NCBI RefSeq assembly: GCF_000007185.1
Contig: NC_003551.1
Location: 1,500,001-1,532,000, forward strand
Source: Methanopyrus kandleri AV19
GTDB lineage: Archaea; JAADCQ01; Methanopyri; Methanopyrales; Methanopyraceae
Reading direction: 5' to 3'
DNA length: 32,000 bases
The first letter of the stretch is position 1, and each line of letters begins with the position of its first letter. Under the pieces are notes generated by a model, which saw nothing but the letters and a program-made list of their open reading frames with translations, did no database searches and was not told the DNA's origin. Both the position numbers and the translations under genes were made by a program. This document shows positions 17,573 to 27,774 of this stretch, piece after piece.

Positions 17573-18687
17573 CCACCCAGCACCCTGGCGACGAGCTCGA
17601 GGAACCGTGAGACCGTCTCCGCGTCGAGGTGTGGCATCATCACTATCCTGACTCCGAGAGGCTTGGTGGAAACTGAGATCTTCCAACCCTCCCGCTCCGA
17701 TTCCCGCAACAGTCGTTCCGCGGTCCCTCGGTCGGGCAACCGGATATTCACCAAGTTAAGATGGGGCGGGTCCACGGCCAGCTCTAGGCCGAGTTCCCTG
17801 GCCTTCTCCGCGACTTTCAGGGTCTCTTCGTAACATCTGAAGGCTATCCTCCGGTACCCCTCTTCCCCGAGCTCCAATATGTTCGCGTAGAGCGCCAGAA
17901 CCGGGGCTCCGGGTCGTGTGCCGGTGATGGTGTACTGTGACGCCCCACCTCCCGACAAGTAAGGCGCGTACACCTCGATAGCTTTCGGGAACTCGTCATC
18001 TCGGAACACGATGCCGCCCGCTGGCGGAGGTACCAGCCCCATTTTGTGAGGATCGACGGTGACAGATACCACCGCCTCCAGATCGAAGCCGAAACGTGGT
18101 AGTGGGTACTCCTCCCGGAGGAACGGTGCCGTGAAGCCCCCGAACGCCGCGTCCACGTGAAGCGGAACGCCGTGGTCCTCCGCCACGTCCGACAGCGCCT
18201 CGATGTCGTCGACGGACCCCGTCTCGGTGGTACCGACGATACCGACGATCAGCGCGGTATCCCGGGAAATCAGGTCCTGAACGGCGTCTACATCCACGGT
18301 GTAGTCGGACCTCAGCGGCGCCTCGACGAGCTTCATACGTAACATCCGTGCAGCCTTCTCGAAGGAGAAATGGCGAGTGGCGGGGACGATGATTTCCCTA
18401 CCACCGGTGACCTCCCGAGCCGCGTACGCCGCCAGGATGTTGGCTTCGGTGCCTCCCGATACTATGCTACCTTCGGCCTCCTCAGGGGCGGGGTGGTCGA
18501 GGAGCGTCTCCGCCAACCATCCGATGCACTCACGCTCGGCGCGGTACGCGTTCGGAAAGAGGTAAGGATCACCCAAGTTGACGTGAAGCCCAGCCACGAA
18601 CGCTTCGGCGGCGACGGGGTGCGGTTCGGTGCACATGGATCCGAGCACGGTACCGTCGGAGTAATCCGAGTCCCGCTGGAGGATCAC
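17569..18687 (-). CDS. mfnA: L-tyrosine/L-aspartate decarboxylase (PLP-dependent, methanofuran / CoA precursor synthesis)
   Basis: Carries GSMCTEPHP, NLGDPYLFP, SGGTEANILA, HVDAAFGGF and DPHKMG (PLP lysine). The start is set at the GTG at 18687, which overlaps the upstream TGA (GTGA), giving 372 aa. The track ORF from 18975 is an Arg/Gly-rich out-of-frame overlap of the upstream gene. Confidence 0.9.
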   Translation of the reverse strand: MILQRDSDYSDGTVLGSMCTEPHPVAAEAFVAGLHVNLGDPYLFPNAYRAERECIGWLAETLLDHPAPEEAEGSIVSGGTEANILAAYAAREVTGGREIIVPATRHFSFEKAARMLRMKLVEAPLRSDYTVDVDAVQDLISRDTALIVGIVGTTETGSVDDIEALSDVAEDHGVPLHVDAAFGGFTAPFLREEYPLPRFGFDLEAVVSVTVDPHKMGLVPPPAGGIVFRDDEFPKAIEVYAPYLSGGGASQYTITGTRPGAPVLALYANILELGEEGYRRIAFRCYEETLKVAEKARELGLELAVDPPHLNLVNIRLPDRGTAERLLRESEREGWKISVSTKPLGVRIVMMPHLDAETVSRFLELVARVLGG

Positions 18688-19490
18688 ACGTACTGGATCC
18701 GGTATTCGGCTCCCCGCCGTTCCGCCTTGTCCCTCGCCCTCCTCAGCATGGGGGTGGTGATCACTACCAACGCCTTCAGACCCTTGAGCGCCGCCATGAT
18801 AGCTCCGTCCACCACCCCGAACTTCAGGTCTGGTTCGATCCCGAGCATGTTCAGGGCGGCCCTCGCCGCAGTGCCCGCCGCTCCGATCAGATCGTAGTCC
18901 TCCTTCTCCAGCACTTCTTTCAGCCTGTCGAGGTCCAGTTTGCGAGTCCCTCCTTCGCGCGCACTCGGGACGCATACGAACACCACCTCCCCTCTCTCGA
19001 GCCCCGGGATGTCGCCCTCAATGTTCGTCACCGGCAGGTCTTGTCCTTTCTCCGCGTCGGCTTGGGCTATGGCTCGTGCTCCGGTTTTACGACTCTTCGA
19101 CGCGTACAACAGCCCGTCTTCCATGTACAGGTAAATCTCTTCTCCCTTCCGGATATCCTCCGCGGCGATGGCCGCCCACGTCATGCGCTTCCCCAGAGCT
19201 TCCGCGATTTTAGCCGAGAACCTCCGGATATTATTAATAGATTCGAGAGCTTTCTCGGCCCCTTTATCAGTCAGAACGTACTCAGCTCGACCTTTTTTCT
19301 CTACCAACCCTTCATCGATAAGTTCCTTTACGTAGTTGTGAATAGCCTGTAAAGAGACCCCCAACTCGCCCCCAATGTCACCTAAATGAACTCTAGGTTG
19401 ACGCAATCCAATAAACGCCAATATCAAAGATTTCATCAGTTCACGTCTATCTTTTAGCTCATTGGGCACCCTGATGGGCCCTTCTTCCAT
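18684..19490 (-). CDS. Winged-helix transcriptional regulator with uncharacterised C-terminal domains
   Basis: The N-terminal wHTH reads LGDIGGELGVSLQAIHNYVKELIDEGLVEKKGRAEYVLTDKG. About 170 aa of unassigned sequence follow. It starts 3 nt downstream of the nikR stop. Confidence 0.65.
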   Translation of the reverse strand: MEEGPIRVPNELKDRRELMKSLILAFIGLRQPRVHLGDIGGELGVSLQAIHNYVKELIDEGLVEKKGRAEYVLTDKGAEKALESINNIRRFSAKIAEALGKRMTWAAIAAEDIRKGEEIYLYMEDGLLYASKSRKTGARAIAQADAEKGQDLPVTNIEGDIPGLERGEVVFVCVPSAREGGTRKLDLDRLKEVLEKEDYDLIGAAGTAARAALNMLGIEPDLKFGVVDGAIMAALKGLKALVVITTPMLRRARDKAERRGAEYRIQYV

Positions 19491-19493
19491 TTC

Positions 19494-19937
19494 TTATTCA
19501 CCCTCACTCGAAACTACAGTCAGCTTAGCTTGTTCCACCCCTCGAACTCCACGAATGCGCTTCGCGAGCTCGGCAATGCGCTTTCCAGGTCCTTGTAGCA
19601 GCAGTACCTCGAGGCACTTCTCGGGAGAAACGTGTATGTGCGTCGTCGATATTATCACATCCGTGAATTCGTGCTGCACTTTCACTAGCTCGGGCTCGGC
19701 GCGCTCGTGCTGGAACACGTACGTCAGGGCGCCGAAGTACTCCTCATCTCCTACCCGCTCGGTCCATTCGATCCTCTGGAGGTACTCCCGTAGCGCCTGG
19801 CGGAAGATCTCCGACCGACTCGCAAAGTATCCCGAGGCTATTAGCTCGTTGACTTTCTGGAGCAGCTGCTCGGGTACGGTTATCGAGGTTCGTACTAAAT
19901 TATCCTCACCTTTGTTCACCCAAGGATCCCCCCACAC
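19494..19937 (-). CDS. nikR: Nickel-responsive regulator NikR (ribbon-helix-helix plus ACT-like metal-binding domain)
   Basis: The RHH N-terminus reads VRTSITVPEQLLQKVNELIASGYFASRSEIFRQALREYL. The C-terminal domain reads THIHVSPEKCLEVLLLQGPGKRIAELAKRIRGVRGVEQAKL, with His/Cys ligands. An alternative GTG start lies at 19919. Confidence 0.85.
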   Translation of the reverse strand: MWGDPWVNKGEDNLVRTSITVPEQLLQKVNELIASGYFASRSEIFRQALREYLQRIEWTERVGDEEYFGALTYVFQHERAEPELVKVQHEFTDVIISTTHIHVSPEKCLEVLLLQGPGKRIAELAKRIRGVRGVEQAKLTVVSSEGE

Positions 19938-19962
19938 GGCCGGTTAATACTTGATAACACCA

Positions 19963-20475
19963 TCATCTTGAAGTCTCGAGACCTATTAAAGCCATCAGGA
20001 TCGCGAGCTCGCAGAGGTCTTCCCTCAACACCTTCCCGTTGGATAGTACCCCTATCGCACCGGAGCGCTTGCCTATCTCCCGGACTCCGACGAGCTCCGA
20101 GAAGACTTCTCCTACCTCCTCACCCGAGAGCGCTTCCTCCGTGACGTCGGGAGGCAGTTGGAACCCCGGGCTCGTTCCCACCGTCTCTCGTCCTTTGGGG
20201 TCCCGCACCACGGCCACGTGGAGATCCACGTAGACGTCACCGACTCTTATCAGTCCGGCTTCCAAGCCCACAGAGTAGCTACCTCGGTTCCACGCCTCCC
20301 GAGCCCTGTTCTTAGCACCCTGATGAACCTCCTCCATCCCCACGGGTTGAGGTGGTACCCCTGGGTCGACGCTCACCGCCTCGACGGTGATCTCACGGTC
20401 CGGAAACGTTCTGAGAAATGCACGCTCCGTCGCCCGGACTTTCACGGGGTTAGTCGTCCCGACACGGACCTTCAT
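19963..20475 (-). CDS. Non-canonical purine NTP phosphatase (YjjX/DUF84 inosine-xanthosine triphosphatase family)
   Basis: Begins MKVRVGTTNPVKVRATERAF...VDPGVPPQPVGMEEVHQGAKNRA. The ATG at 20475 is preceded by GGAGAGGTGG and gives 170 aa. The track start at 20520 adds 15 atypical residues. Confidence 0.8.
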   Translation of the reverse strand: MKVRVGTTNPVKVRATERAFLRTFPDREITVEAVSVDPGVPPQPVGMEEVHQGAKNRAREAWNRGSYSVGLEAGLIRVGDVYVDLHVAVVRDPKGRETVGTSPGFQLPPDVTEEALSGEEVGEVFSELVGVREIGKRSGAIGVLSNGKVLREDLCELAILMALIGLETSR

Positions 20476-20923
20476 CCACCTCTCCCCGCAGCCGGCTGGA
20501 GGATATCTTCCTACCGTCACCGTCCAGCACGAACGGAATGACGACGATGGATAACGGTGGAAAACCGCGCTTCCTCCTGAGCTCGTTGATCTCCAACGCC
20601 ACCGGTTCCGTCTCCGGACTCACGACGATCGCGTCCATCTCGTCGTCTTCCAGCGTCGTGCCGTAGCGATCCTCCAACGGAACGATCTCAACTCGATCCG
20701 ACGCTCCTTTCTCCTCGACGAACCTTCGGACGGCCCGCACCCTCTCCTCGAAGGGTTCGACCCCTTTCTTCCCCTCCTCACGGACGAAGGAGTCCGTCGT
20801 GACACCTATCACCACTCGGTCTCCCAGCTCGAGCGCTACGGACAACAGGCGCTGGTGACCCAGGTGTAACCTGTCGAATGTACCTCCGACGACCACTTTG
20901 CGGAACCTGGCCAAGGGAGTCAA
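20450..20923 (-). CDS. coaD: Archaeal phosphopantetheine adenylyltransferase (cytidylyltransferase family)
   Basis: Carries VVVGGTFDRLHLGHQRLL (HxGH nucleotidyltransferase motif) and a C-terminal KISSSRLR (ISSTxxR-like) motif. About 157 aa, as for archaeal PPAT. Confidence 0.85.
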   Translation of the reverse strand: MTPLARFRKVVVGGTFDRLHLGHQRLLSVALELGDRVVIGVTTDSFVREEGKKGVEPFEERVRAVRRFVEEKGASDRVEIVPLEDRYGTTLEDDEMDAIVVSPETEPVALEINELRRKRGFPPLSIVVIPFVLDGDGRKISSSRLRGEVDEGPCRDD

Positions 20924-21906
20924 CCTCCTAAGATGTCGTATACGGCCTTCAGCGCTTCACCTACCTCCAAGAAGCCATGGCGGAGTTCCCGGAGTACTCT
21001 CTGGATCGAGGCTCTTCGTAGGTGCGGGTGGCGTTGGTGAACTTGATGCAGGAACGGACACGCGTACTTATAGTCGTGAAACTCCGGGAGAACCTCCTCT
21101 ACGAGGCGGCGTAGCTCGAACTTGGTTTTCGCCAGGGCCGCGGGGACATGGAGTTTGAACCGATCGTCCTCGGGTTGCACGCAGTGATGGCCCGTGGGCA
21201 ATCCGTCCCCGAACGCTACGACGTCGGTATCGGCTTCCCCCATCACTCTCTTCCGAATCTTAGCGTTACAGCGCCCACAAGGGTGGAAGCGACCCTCATT
21301 CAGCGCTCCCTCCACGACGTCGGACAGGTCTTCCTCGACGAACTTGGGTTCCGTGCCGAGGTACTCGGAGAGTATCTCGACGTTTCTGCGCAGCTTAGGC
21401 GGTAAGAACATCGGACCCGGGTCTACCGTGACGGACTCGACCTCGTAACCCAGCTTTCGGAGTATTATCGCGGAGGCCGTACTGTCGTATCCACCCGACG
21501 CCGCCACGGTGATCCGCATGTCGCGGGGTTCCTCTCCCTCCCAGCGTTCCCAGTAATCCCACGGCAGCTCCCCGTGGAGCCTGGCTTTCTCTATTTCGAT
21601 CCCCCGAAGGACGCCCTCTAACTCGGGCTGGCGGCGGGAGTACCGCTCGAGGATCTCACGCGAGGCATCCAACCTCAACAGTCTCACCTTCAGATCCGTC
21701 CAGGCCTGGACGACCACGCGGTCTATACCGAGCTCCTCTTTAAGTCTGCCGGCGACGTATCCACCCGGACCGATGAAGTAAGACATGTCGGAACGATCCC
21801 TACCTACGATCACTAGCGTGCCGTCCTCCTCACGTACGTCCACGATGTCGGGTTCTCCCTTCCCCTTCGTTCCTATCTCCTTCCTCAGCCTGTTCACTAC
21901 CGTCAT
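20920..21906 (-). CDS. PP-loop superfamily ATPase with N-terminal KH-like domain (predicted RNA-modifying/thiolating enzyme)
   Basis: PP-loop SGGxDS motif in ITVAASGGYDSTASAIIL. A KH-like GxxG segment, YFIGPGGYVAGRLKEELG, lies upstream. Downstream Cys motifs are HPCGRCNAKI and YACPF. The start is ATG 21906 or GTG 21921. The track start at 22017 adds low-complexity sequence. Confidence 0.75.
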   Translation of the reverse strand: MTVVNRLRKEIGTKGKGEPDIVDVREEDGTLVIVGRDRSDMSYFIGPGGYVAGRLKEELGIDRVVVQAWTDLKVRLLRLDASREILERYSRRQPELEGVLRGIEIEKARLHGELPWDYWERWEGEEPRDMRITVAASGGYDSTASAIILRKLGYEVESVTVDPGPMFLPPKLRRNVEILSEYLGTEPKFVEEDLSDVVEGALNEGRFHPCGRCNAKIRKRVMGEADTDVVAFGDGLPTGHHCVQPEDDRFKLHVPAALAKTKFELRRLVEEVLPEFHDYKYACPFLHQVHQRHPHLRRASIQRVLRELRHGFLEVGEALKAVYDILGG

Positions 21907-22651
21907 CAGCTCCTTTTTCACGCTGCTTTCCCCACCGCACCGGTTTGGGTTCCTTTCGGTACATGAGCTCTCCACCGGGGCGGGAGATACCGATCTTCTC
22001 GAGGACCGAATGCGCATCCTTTACGATCACGACGAGAGAATGATCGTCGGAGAGTATCTTCGCCCGCCCCTCGACGATCTCGACGCTGTCCCCAAACGTC
22101 TCTTTAATGGTGTCCGCGACGATGTACTTGTCCTCCCCCGAGATGTGGATGCAACCAGTGTCCTTGTTGTAGAACACCTCGCCCTGTAGCCCGGATTTAG
22201 CTACCGCCCGCATGATCACCTGGGCGAGCTTTCTCGTGACCAGCTTCCGGTTGAGGATCCTGACGGCCAGCTCCGATTCGAGGTCCCCCGCCACAACTTC
22301 AACGGAGTCGCCGACCTCAGTATCGGTCGCGCTGACGATGCCAGCCGGGAGCTCCACGATCTCCTCAGGAGGTTCTTCTGGTACGTACACTCGCCATGGC
22401 TTAAGGCGCTCGACCACGTCCACCACTTCCCCGTCCGCCAGGAACACCACGTCGATCGGGAAGCGCATGAAGAAGGTGTGGATCGCGCAGCGTCTGCGTC
22501 CGCGGTAAGGGGGCTTCAGGATCAGCCCCTCTCCCTCCTCCAACCTTCGACGGAACATCAACCCCCGAAGCCTCGCGAGGAACGACTCCGCGATCTCGGC
22601 ACTGTGAGCCAGTACGGTACCCTTGCTCCGGTTAATCACCGCGGCTTTCAA
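21830..22651 (-). CDS. DUF192-domain protein fused to an uncharacterised ~100-aa C-terminal domain
   Basis: The DUF192 pattern RLRGLMFRR...CAIHTFFMRFPIDVVFLADGEVVDVVERLKPW occupies the first ~115 aa. A second protein-like segment follows (VRILNRKLV...VVIVKDAHSVLEKIGI), then a charged low-complexity tail that overlaps the next gene. The TTG start is preceded by GGGGTG. Confidence 0.7.
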   Translation of the reverse strand: MKAAVINRSKGTVLAHSAEIAESFLARLRGLMFRRRLEEGEGLILKPPYRGRRRCAIHTFFMRFPIDVVFLADGEVVDVVERLKPWRVYVPEEPPEEIVELPAGIVSATDTEVGDSVEVVAGDLESELAVRILNRKLVTRKLAQVIMRAVAKSGLQGEVFYNKDTGCIHISGEDKYIVADTIKETFGDSVEIVEGRAKILSDDHSLVVIVKDAHSVLEKIGISRPGGELMYRKEPKPVRWGKQREKGADDGSEQAEEGDRNEGEGRTRHRGRT

Positions 22652-22656
22652 TTAAC

Positions 22657-22672
22657 GCACCCCGGGGGGTGC
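22657..22672. promoter_or_regulatory. 16-bp G/C palindrome GCACCCCGGGGGGTGC supplying a Shine-Dalgarno-like GGGGTG on both strands for two divergent TTG-initiated genes
   Basis: GCACCCC at 22657-22663 is the reverse complement of GGGGTGC at 22666-22672. The plus-strand GGGGGGTG lies 5 nt before the TTG at 22677. The minus-strand GGGGTG lies 6 nt before the TTG at 22651. Confidence 0.5.
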
Positions 22673-22676
22673 GACT

Positions 22677-24582
<1,906 letters not shown>

Positions 24583-24635
24583 AGCGACGCCTGTACCGAA
24601 CTGAACACCGCCAAGTCACGCCTCGGCGACTCCGG

Positions 24636-26012
24636 CTACAGGCGATGATGTGGACCGTCCGCGGGTTCGAATCCTCCCAGAACTCGACCACCTTCGATCT
24701 CTCCAGCGATGTTCGTCCTCATGAGCCTCTCGACCTCCTTGATGTCGTCGGTTCTATCGAGCACGTACATGAGCTTCACGTAAGCCACCTCTGGCAGCAT
24801 ATCCTCACCCGGTATCACACCCACAGCCCTCAGCAGTCGTCCGGTCCTGTACACGTTCATGTTCACACGACCGTACAAGCACTGAGATGTCATCACGACG
24901 GCGATCCCGTCGTCCACCGCCCGCTCGATCGACTCCAACCACTGCTCCGAGACGTGGCCCAAACCGGTGCCTTCGAGGACGATCCCCCGGTAACCCCGAT
25001 CCACGTAGAAGTCTAAGACCTCGGGATCCATACCGGGTGCGAACTTCACCAAGGCCACTTTTTCCTCGAACCCGCCTGAGATCTCAGGCTCACCGTCCTC
25101 CGGCCTCCGGTAATCGCTCCGGAGGAACTCGATTTTAGGGTTCCTGAGATCCTTCACGTCCACCTTCGCGATAGGGATGGACTCCACCGACCTGAACGCG
25201 TCCCTGCGTGACGTGTGCATCTTCCTGACCCTCACTCCCCGATGCACGAGGCATACCTCATCGGAGGTCCACCCGTGCATGCAGACGGTGACCTCACCCA
25301 CCTCTCCGTCGCCCGCGAAGGCGCACGCCGCGATGAGGTTCGAGGCCGCGTCCGAAGACGGCCTGTCCGAACTCCGCTGCGCTCCGACCAACACGACCGG
25401 CCCGTTAAGCCCCTCGATGACGAACGATAGCGCCGCGGCCGTGAACGCCATCGTGTCCGTTCCGTGTCCGATCACGACACCCTCTACATCCGGGTCCGAG
25501 AGAGCGTCCACGACCTCTTCGGCGATCTTCATCCAGTGTTTGGGCTCCATATTCTCGCTGAGCAGATCGAGCACGGCCCTGGCGTCTACGATGTTGATCA
25601 CGTCGAGCAGCTCCGGGACCGCTCCGACGAGCTCCTCGGCTGTGAACGCAGGTTTCACGGCCCCGGTCTCGTAGTCCACCCGGCATGCGATGGTACCGCC
25701 CGTCGACATCACCGATACGTTGGGAAGCTTAGGATCGTACTCGATCTCTCCCTCCATCGGCTTGAAGCTAGGTTCATGTCCTTCACCCGGGGCTTCGAGC
25801 TTCTCGATCCTGTCGACACGTACCCCTACATTGTAACCGTTGTCCATTTTGACGACGATGTGCTCATCGTCTCCAAGTTCCGACCTGGGCATGATGATGC
25901 CTTCCACGACCACCCCATCGTCCCGGACTATACGAACCCGGTCGCCGACACTCAGCCCGTGCTCCCGTAGTAACTCCCCGGCCTTACCTTTGTACTCGGA
26001 CAACACCCTCAC
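24636..26012 (-). CDS. gatD: Glutamyl-tRNA(Gln) amidotransferase subunit D
   Basis: N-terminal GDRVRIV...GIIMP, then an asparaginase-type domain with SVMSTGGTIA and HGTDTMAFTAAALSF. The start is set at GTG 26012 (alternatives 26006/26003), giving about 458 aa. The track N-terminus (26013-26405) is Ser/Pro-rich and antisense to hisH. Confidence 0.9.
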   Translation of the reverse strand: MRVLSEYKGKAGELLREHGLSVGDRVRIVRDDGVVVEGIIMPRSELGDDEHIVVKMDNGYNVGVRVDRIEKLEAPGEGHEPSFKPMEGEIEYDPKLPNVSVMSTGGTIACRVDYETGAVKPAFTAEELVGAVPELLDVINIVDARAVLDLLSENMEPKHWMKIAEEVVDALSDPDVEGVVIGHGTDTMAFTAAALSFVIEGLNGPVVLVGAQRSSDRPSSDAASNLIAACAFAGDGEVGEVTVCMHGWTSDEVCLVHRGVRVRKMHTSRRDAFRSVESIPIAKVDVKDLRNPKIEFLRSDYRRPEDGEPEISGGFEEKVALVKFAPGMDPEVLDFYVDRGYRGIVLEGTGLGHVSEQWLESIERAVDDGIAVVMTSQCLYGRVNMNVYRTGRLLRAVGVIPGEDMLPEVAYVKLMYVLDRTDDIKEVERLMRTNIAGEIEGGRVLGGFEPADGPHHRL

Positions 26013-26043
26013 CCCAGACCCATCCTTCCAAGGGGGACTCGGC

Positions 26044-26646
26044 TTGAAAGTGGCGATAGTAGAGTACGGCGTCGGCAACTTGAACAGCGTGTACCGCGCG
26101 GTTAAACACTTGGGGCATGAGCCCGTCGTTACTGATGATCCCTCGGAGTTGCACGACGCCGACGCCGTGATTCTCCCAGGTGTGGGAAACTTCCGCGCCG
26201 CCGCGGAGAAACTCGAAGAGACCGGATTATGTGACGAGATCCGAGAGCTGCTAGGGTCCGTCCCACTCTTAGGTATATGCCTTGGGATGCAGCTCTTGAT
26301 GGAATCGAGCGAGGAGAGCCCCGAGTCACGCGGTCTAGGAGTGTTTCGGGGAACGTGTGTGGCGCTCCCCAATGACGTGAAAACGCCGCACATGGGATGG
26401 AACACGGTGGAGTTCCGGACGGAAGAGTTTCGGGAGTTCGACGGTGAGATGTTCTACTTCGTCCACTCGTACCGGGTGGCTCCCGAGGACGACGTCGTCC
26501 TAGGTGAGACGGAGTACGGGGAACGGTTTCCAAGCGTGATCGGGGACCGGGGTAGACTGATCTACGGAATGCAATTCCACCCCGAAAAAAGCGGACCAGT
26601 GGGGTTAAAGTTGCTCGGTGAGGTTCTTACGGGGGCGAGCCGTTGA
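26044..26646 (+). CDS. hisH: Imidazole glycerol phosphate synthase, glutamine amidotransferase subunit
   Basis: Carries KVAIVEYGVGNLNSV, LPGVGNF, the catalytic Cys in GICLGMQLL, VHSY and the QFHPEKS triad. The TTG at 26044 is preceded by GGGGGA and gives 200 aa. Confidence 0.9.
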   Translation: MKVAIVEYGVGNLNSVYRAVKHLGHEPVVTDDPSELHDADAVILPGVGNFRAAAEKLEETGLCDEIRELLGSVPLLGICLGMQLLMESSEESPESRGLGVFRGTCVALPNDVKTPHMGWNTVEFRTEEFREFDGEMFYFVHSYRVAPEDDVVLGETEYGERFPSVIGDRGRLIYGMQFHPEKSGPVGLKLLGEVLTGASR

Positions 26647-27143
26647 GAATGTCCCGCGAGAGAATATTCCGAGAAGTTAAAGAATCCCTGAAGAACATCC
26701 AAGAGGTGAGATCCGAGCTAGGTGACAATGTGTCGCTGTCGACCCTGCGTTACATCCTCGCATCGATGGTCATCACTCTGGGTCGAGGGGTCGGATCCAC
26801 CTTCTACAGGGCCGGTTACGACATCGGTGTTTACAAGGCGAAATCACACGACCTGAAGGGCATCGAAGAGGCCTTCGAGTACGTGGAGAAGGCGTTCGAG
26901 AGGACGGGCACAGGCATCATCGAGCGCTGGGAAATGAAAGAAGATGGTAAGATCGAAATCACGATGCGCGAGTCAGCAACGGCTGCCGGTTACGACATAG
27001 GGAAGAAGCTGTGTTACTACCAAGCCGGATTCATCGCCGGGATCCTCCACGGGGCTACCGGCGAGCGCTGGGAGGTGCACGAGACCAAGTGCATGGCCGA
27101 AGGTCACGACCACTGTGAGTTCGTGGCGATACGGAGGGGGTAA
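26643..27143 (+). CDS. V4R (4-vinyl-reductase-type) small-molecule-binding domain protein
   Basis: The C-terminal pattern is [38 protein letters not shown], a V4R Cys/His signature. Its start overlaps the hisH stop (TTGA); an alternative ATG lies at 26649. Confidence 0.75.
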   Translation: MRMSRERIFREVKESLKNIQEVRSELGDNVSLSTLRYILASMVITLGRGVGSTFYRAGYDIGVYKAKSHDLKGIEEAFEYVEKAFERTGTGIIERWEMKEDGKIEITMRESATAAGYDIGKKLCYYQAGFIAGILHGATGERWEVHETKCMAEGHDHCEFVAIRRG

Positions 27144-27144
27144 C

Positions 27145-27771
27145 GTGGAGCGGGTCGTCGTACATGGCACACTGATGGACGTGTTCGGGGTAGGGGTGCT
27201 TCTGGTAGGTCCACGTGGGGTAGGGAAGAGCGAGACGGCCTTGGAACTCATACGTCGCGGCCACAGGTTGGTGTCCGACGATGCGGTGATCGTGGAGTGC
27301 GATGATAGCTACGAGTACCCCGTCGGCAGACCGCCGGAGAACTTAGCCGGGAAAATGGAGATCCGACTCGCCCTGGCGGAGCTGTACTGCCCCGAGTGCG
27401 GTCGAGTGTACACATTCTCCGCCCTCAAGATGAAGGAAGGGTGTGACTGCGGTGGCGACCTGAAACTACGTCCTATTCAGGATAAAATCGCCGTGGACGT
27501 CGCGGAACTCTACGGCATCCGGGCGCTCCGGAGCCGTAAGGGCATCGGTGTGGTCATTAAGATGATCCCGGGCCCCCACCACCCCCATCACGATCCATCC
27601 ATGAGACCGGATGAACCAGTCTCCTCCACGCCTTCCGAGGAGGAGAAGGTAGTGAAATGGGTGAAAGAGAGGGATGGAAGGGTGTTCCACCTGGACGTGG
27701 TTCCGGGTCGAGACACCGCCACGCTGATCGAGACCGTGGCACTTCAGGAGAGCTTGAGGCGCAGGAGGTGA
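27145..27771 (+). CDS. HPr kinase/phosphorylase catalytic-domain homologue (no N-terminal domain) with a 4-Cys zinc-ribbon-like insertion
   Basis: The segment [45 protein letters not shown] matches the HprK Walker-A/ALEL-RGH-LV-DD core. MEIR and, further on, [10 protein letters not shown] are separated by an insert containing CPEC...CDC (nt 27388-27450). The C-terminal [18 protein letters not shown] matches the HprK PGRN..IE.AA end. The GTG at 27145 lies 1 nt after the V4R TAA and is preceded by GGAGGGGG. Confidence 0.8.
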   Translation: MERVVVHGTLMDVFGVGVLLVGPRGVGKSETALELIRRGHRLVSDDAVIVECDDSYEYPVGRPPENLAGKMEIRLALAELYCPECGRVYTFSALKMKEGCDCGGDLKLRPIQDKIAVDVAELYGIRALRSRKGIGVVIKMIPGPHHPHHDPSMRPDEPVSSTPSEEEKVVKWVKERDGRVFHLDVVPGRDTATLIETVALQESLRRRR

Positions 27772-27774
27772 ACT

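Noticed and set aside
17573-18975. N-terminal extensions of the hydrogenase protease ORF (to 17686) and of the mfnA ORF (to 18975).
   Set aside because: The extensions overlap the upstream genes out of frame and have Arg/Gly-rich nonsense composition. ATGA/GTGA coupled starts at 17572 and 18687 coincide with where homology begins.
26013-26405. 131-codon N-terminal extension of gatD, and the mirror-image 68-codon extension of hisH (25840-26043).
   Set aside because: Each extension is antisense to the other gene's well-conserved coding sequence and is Ser/Pro-rich. Internal GTG/TTG starts with SD-like motifs give canonical lengths.
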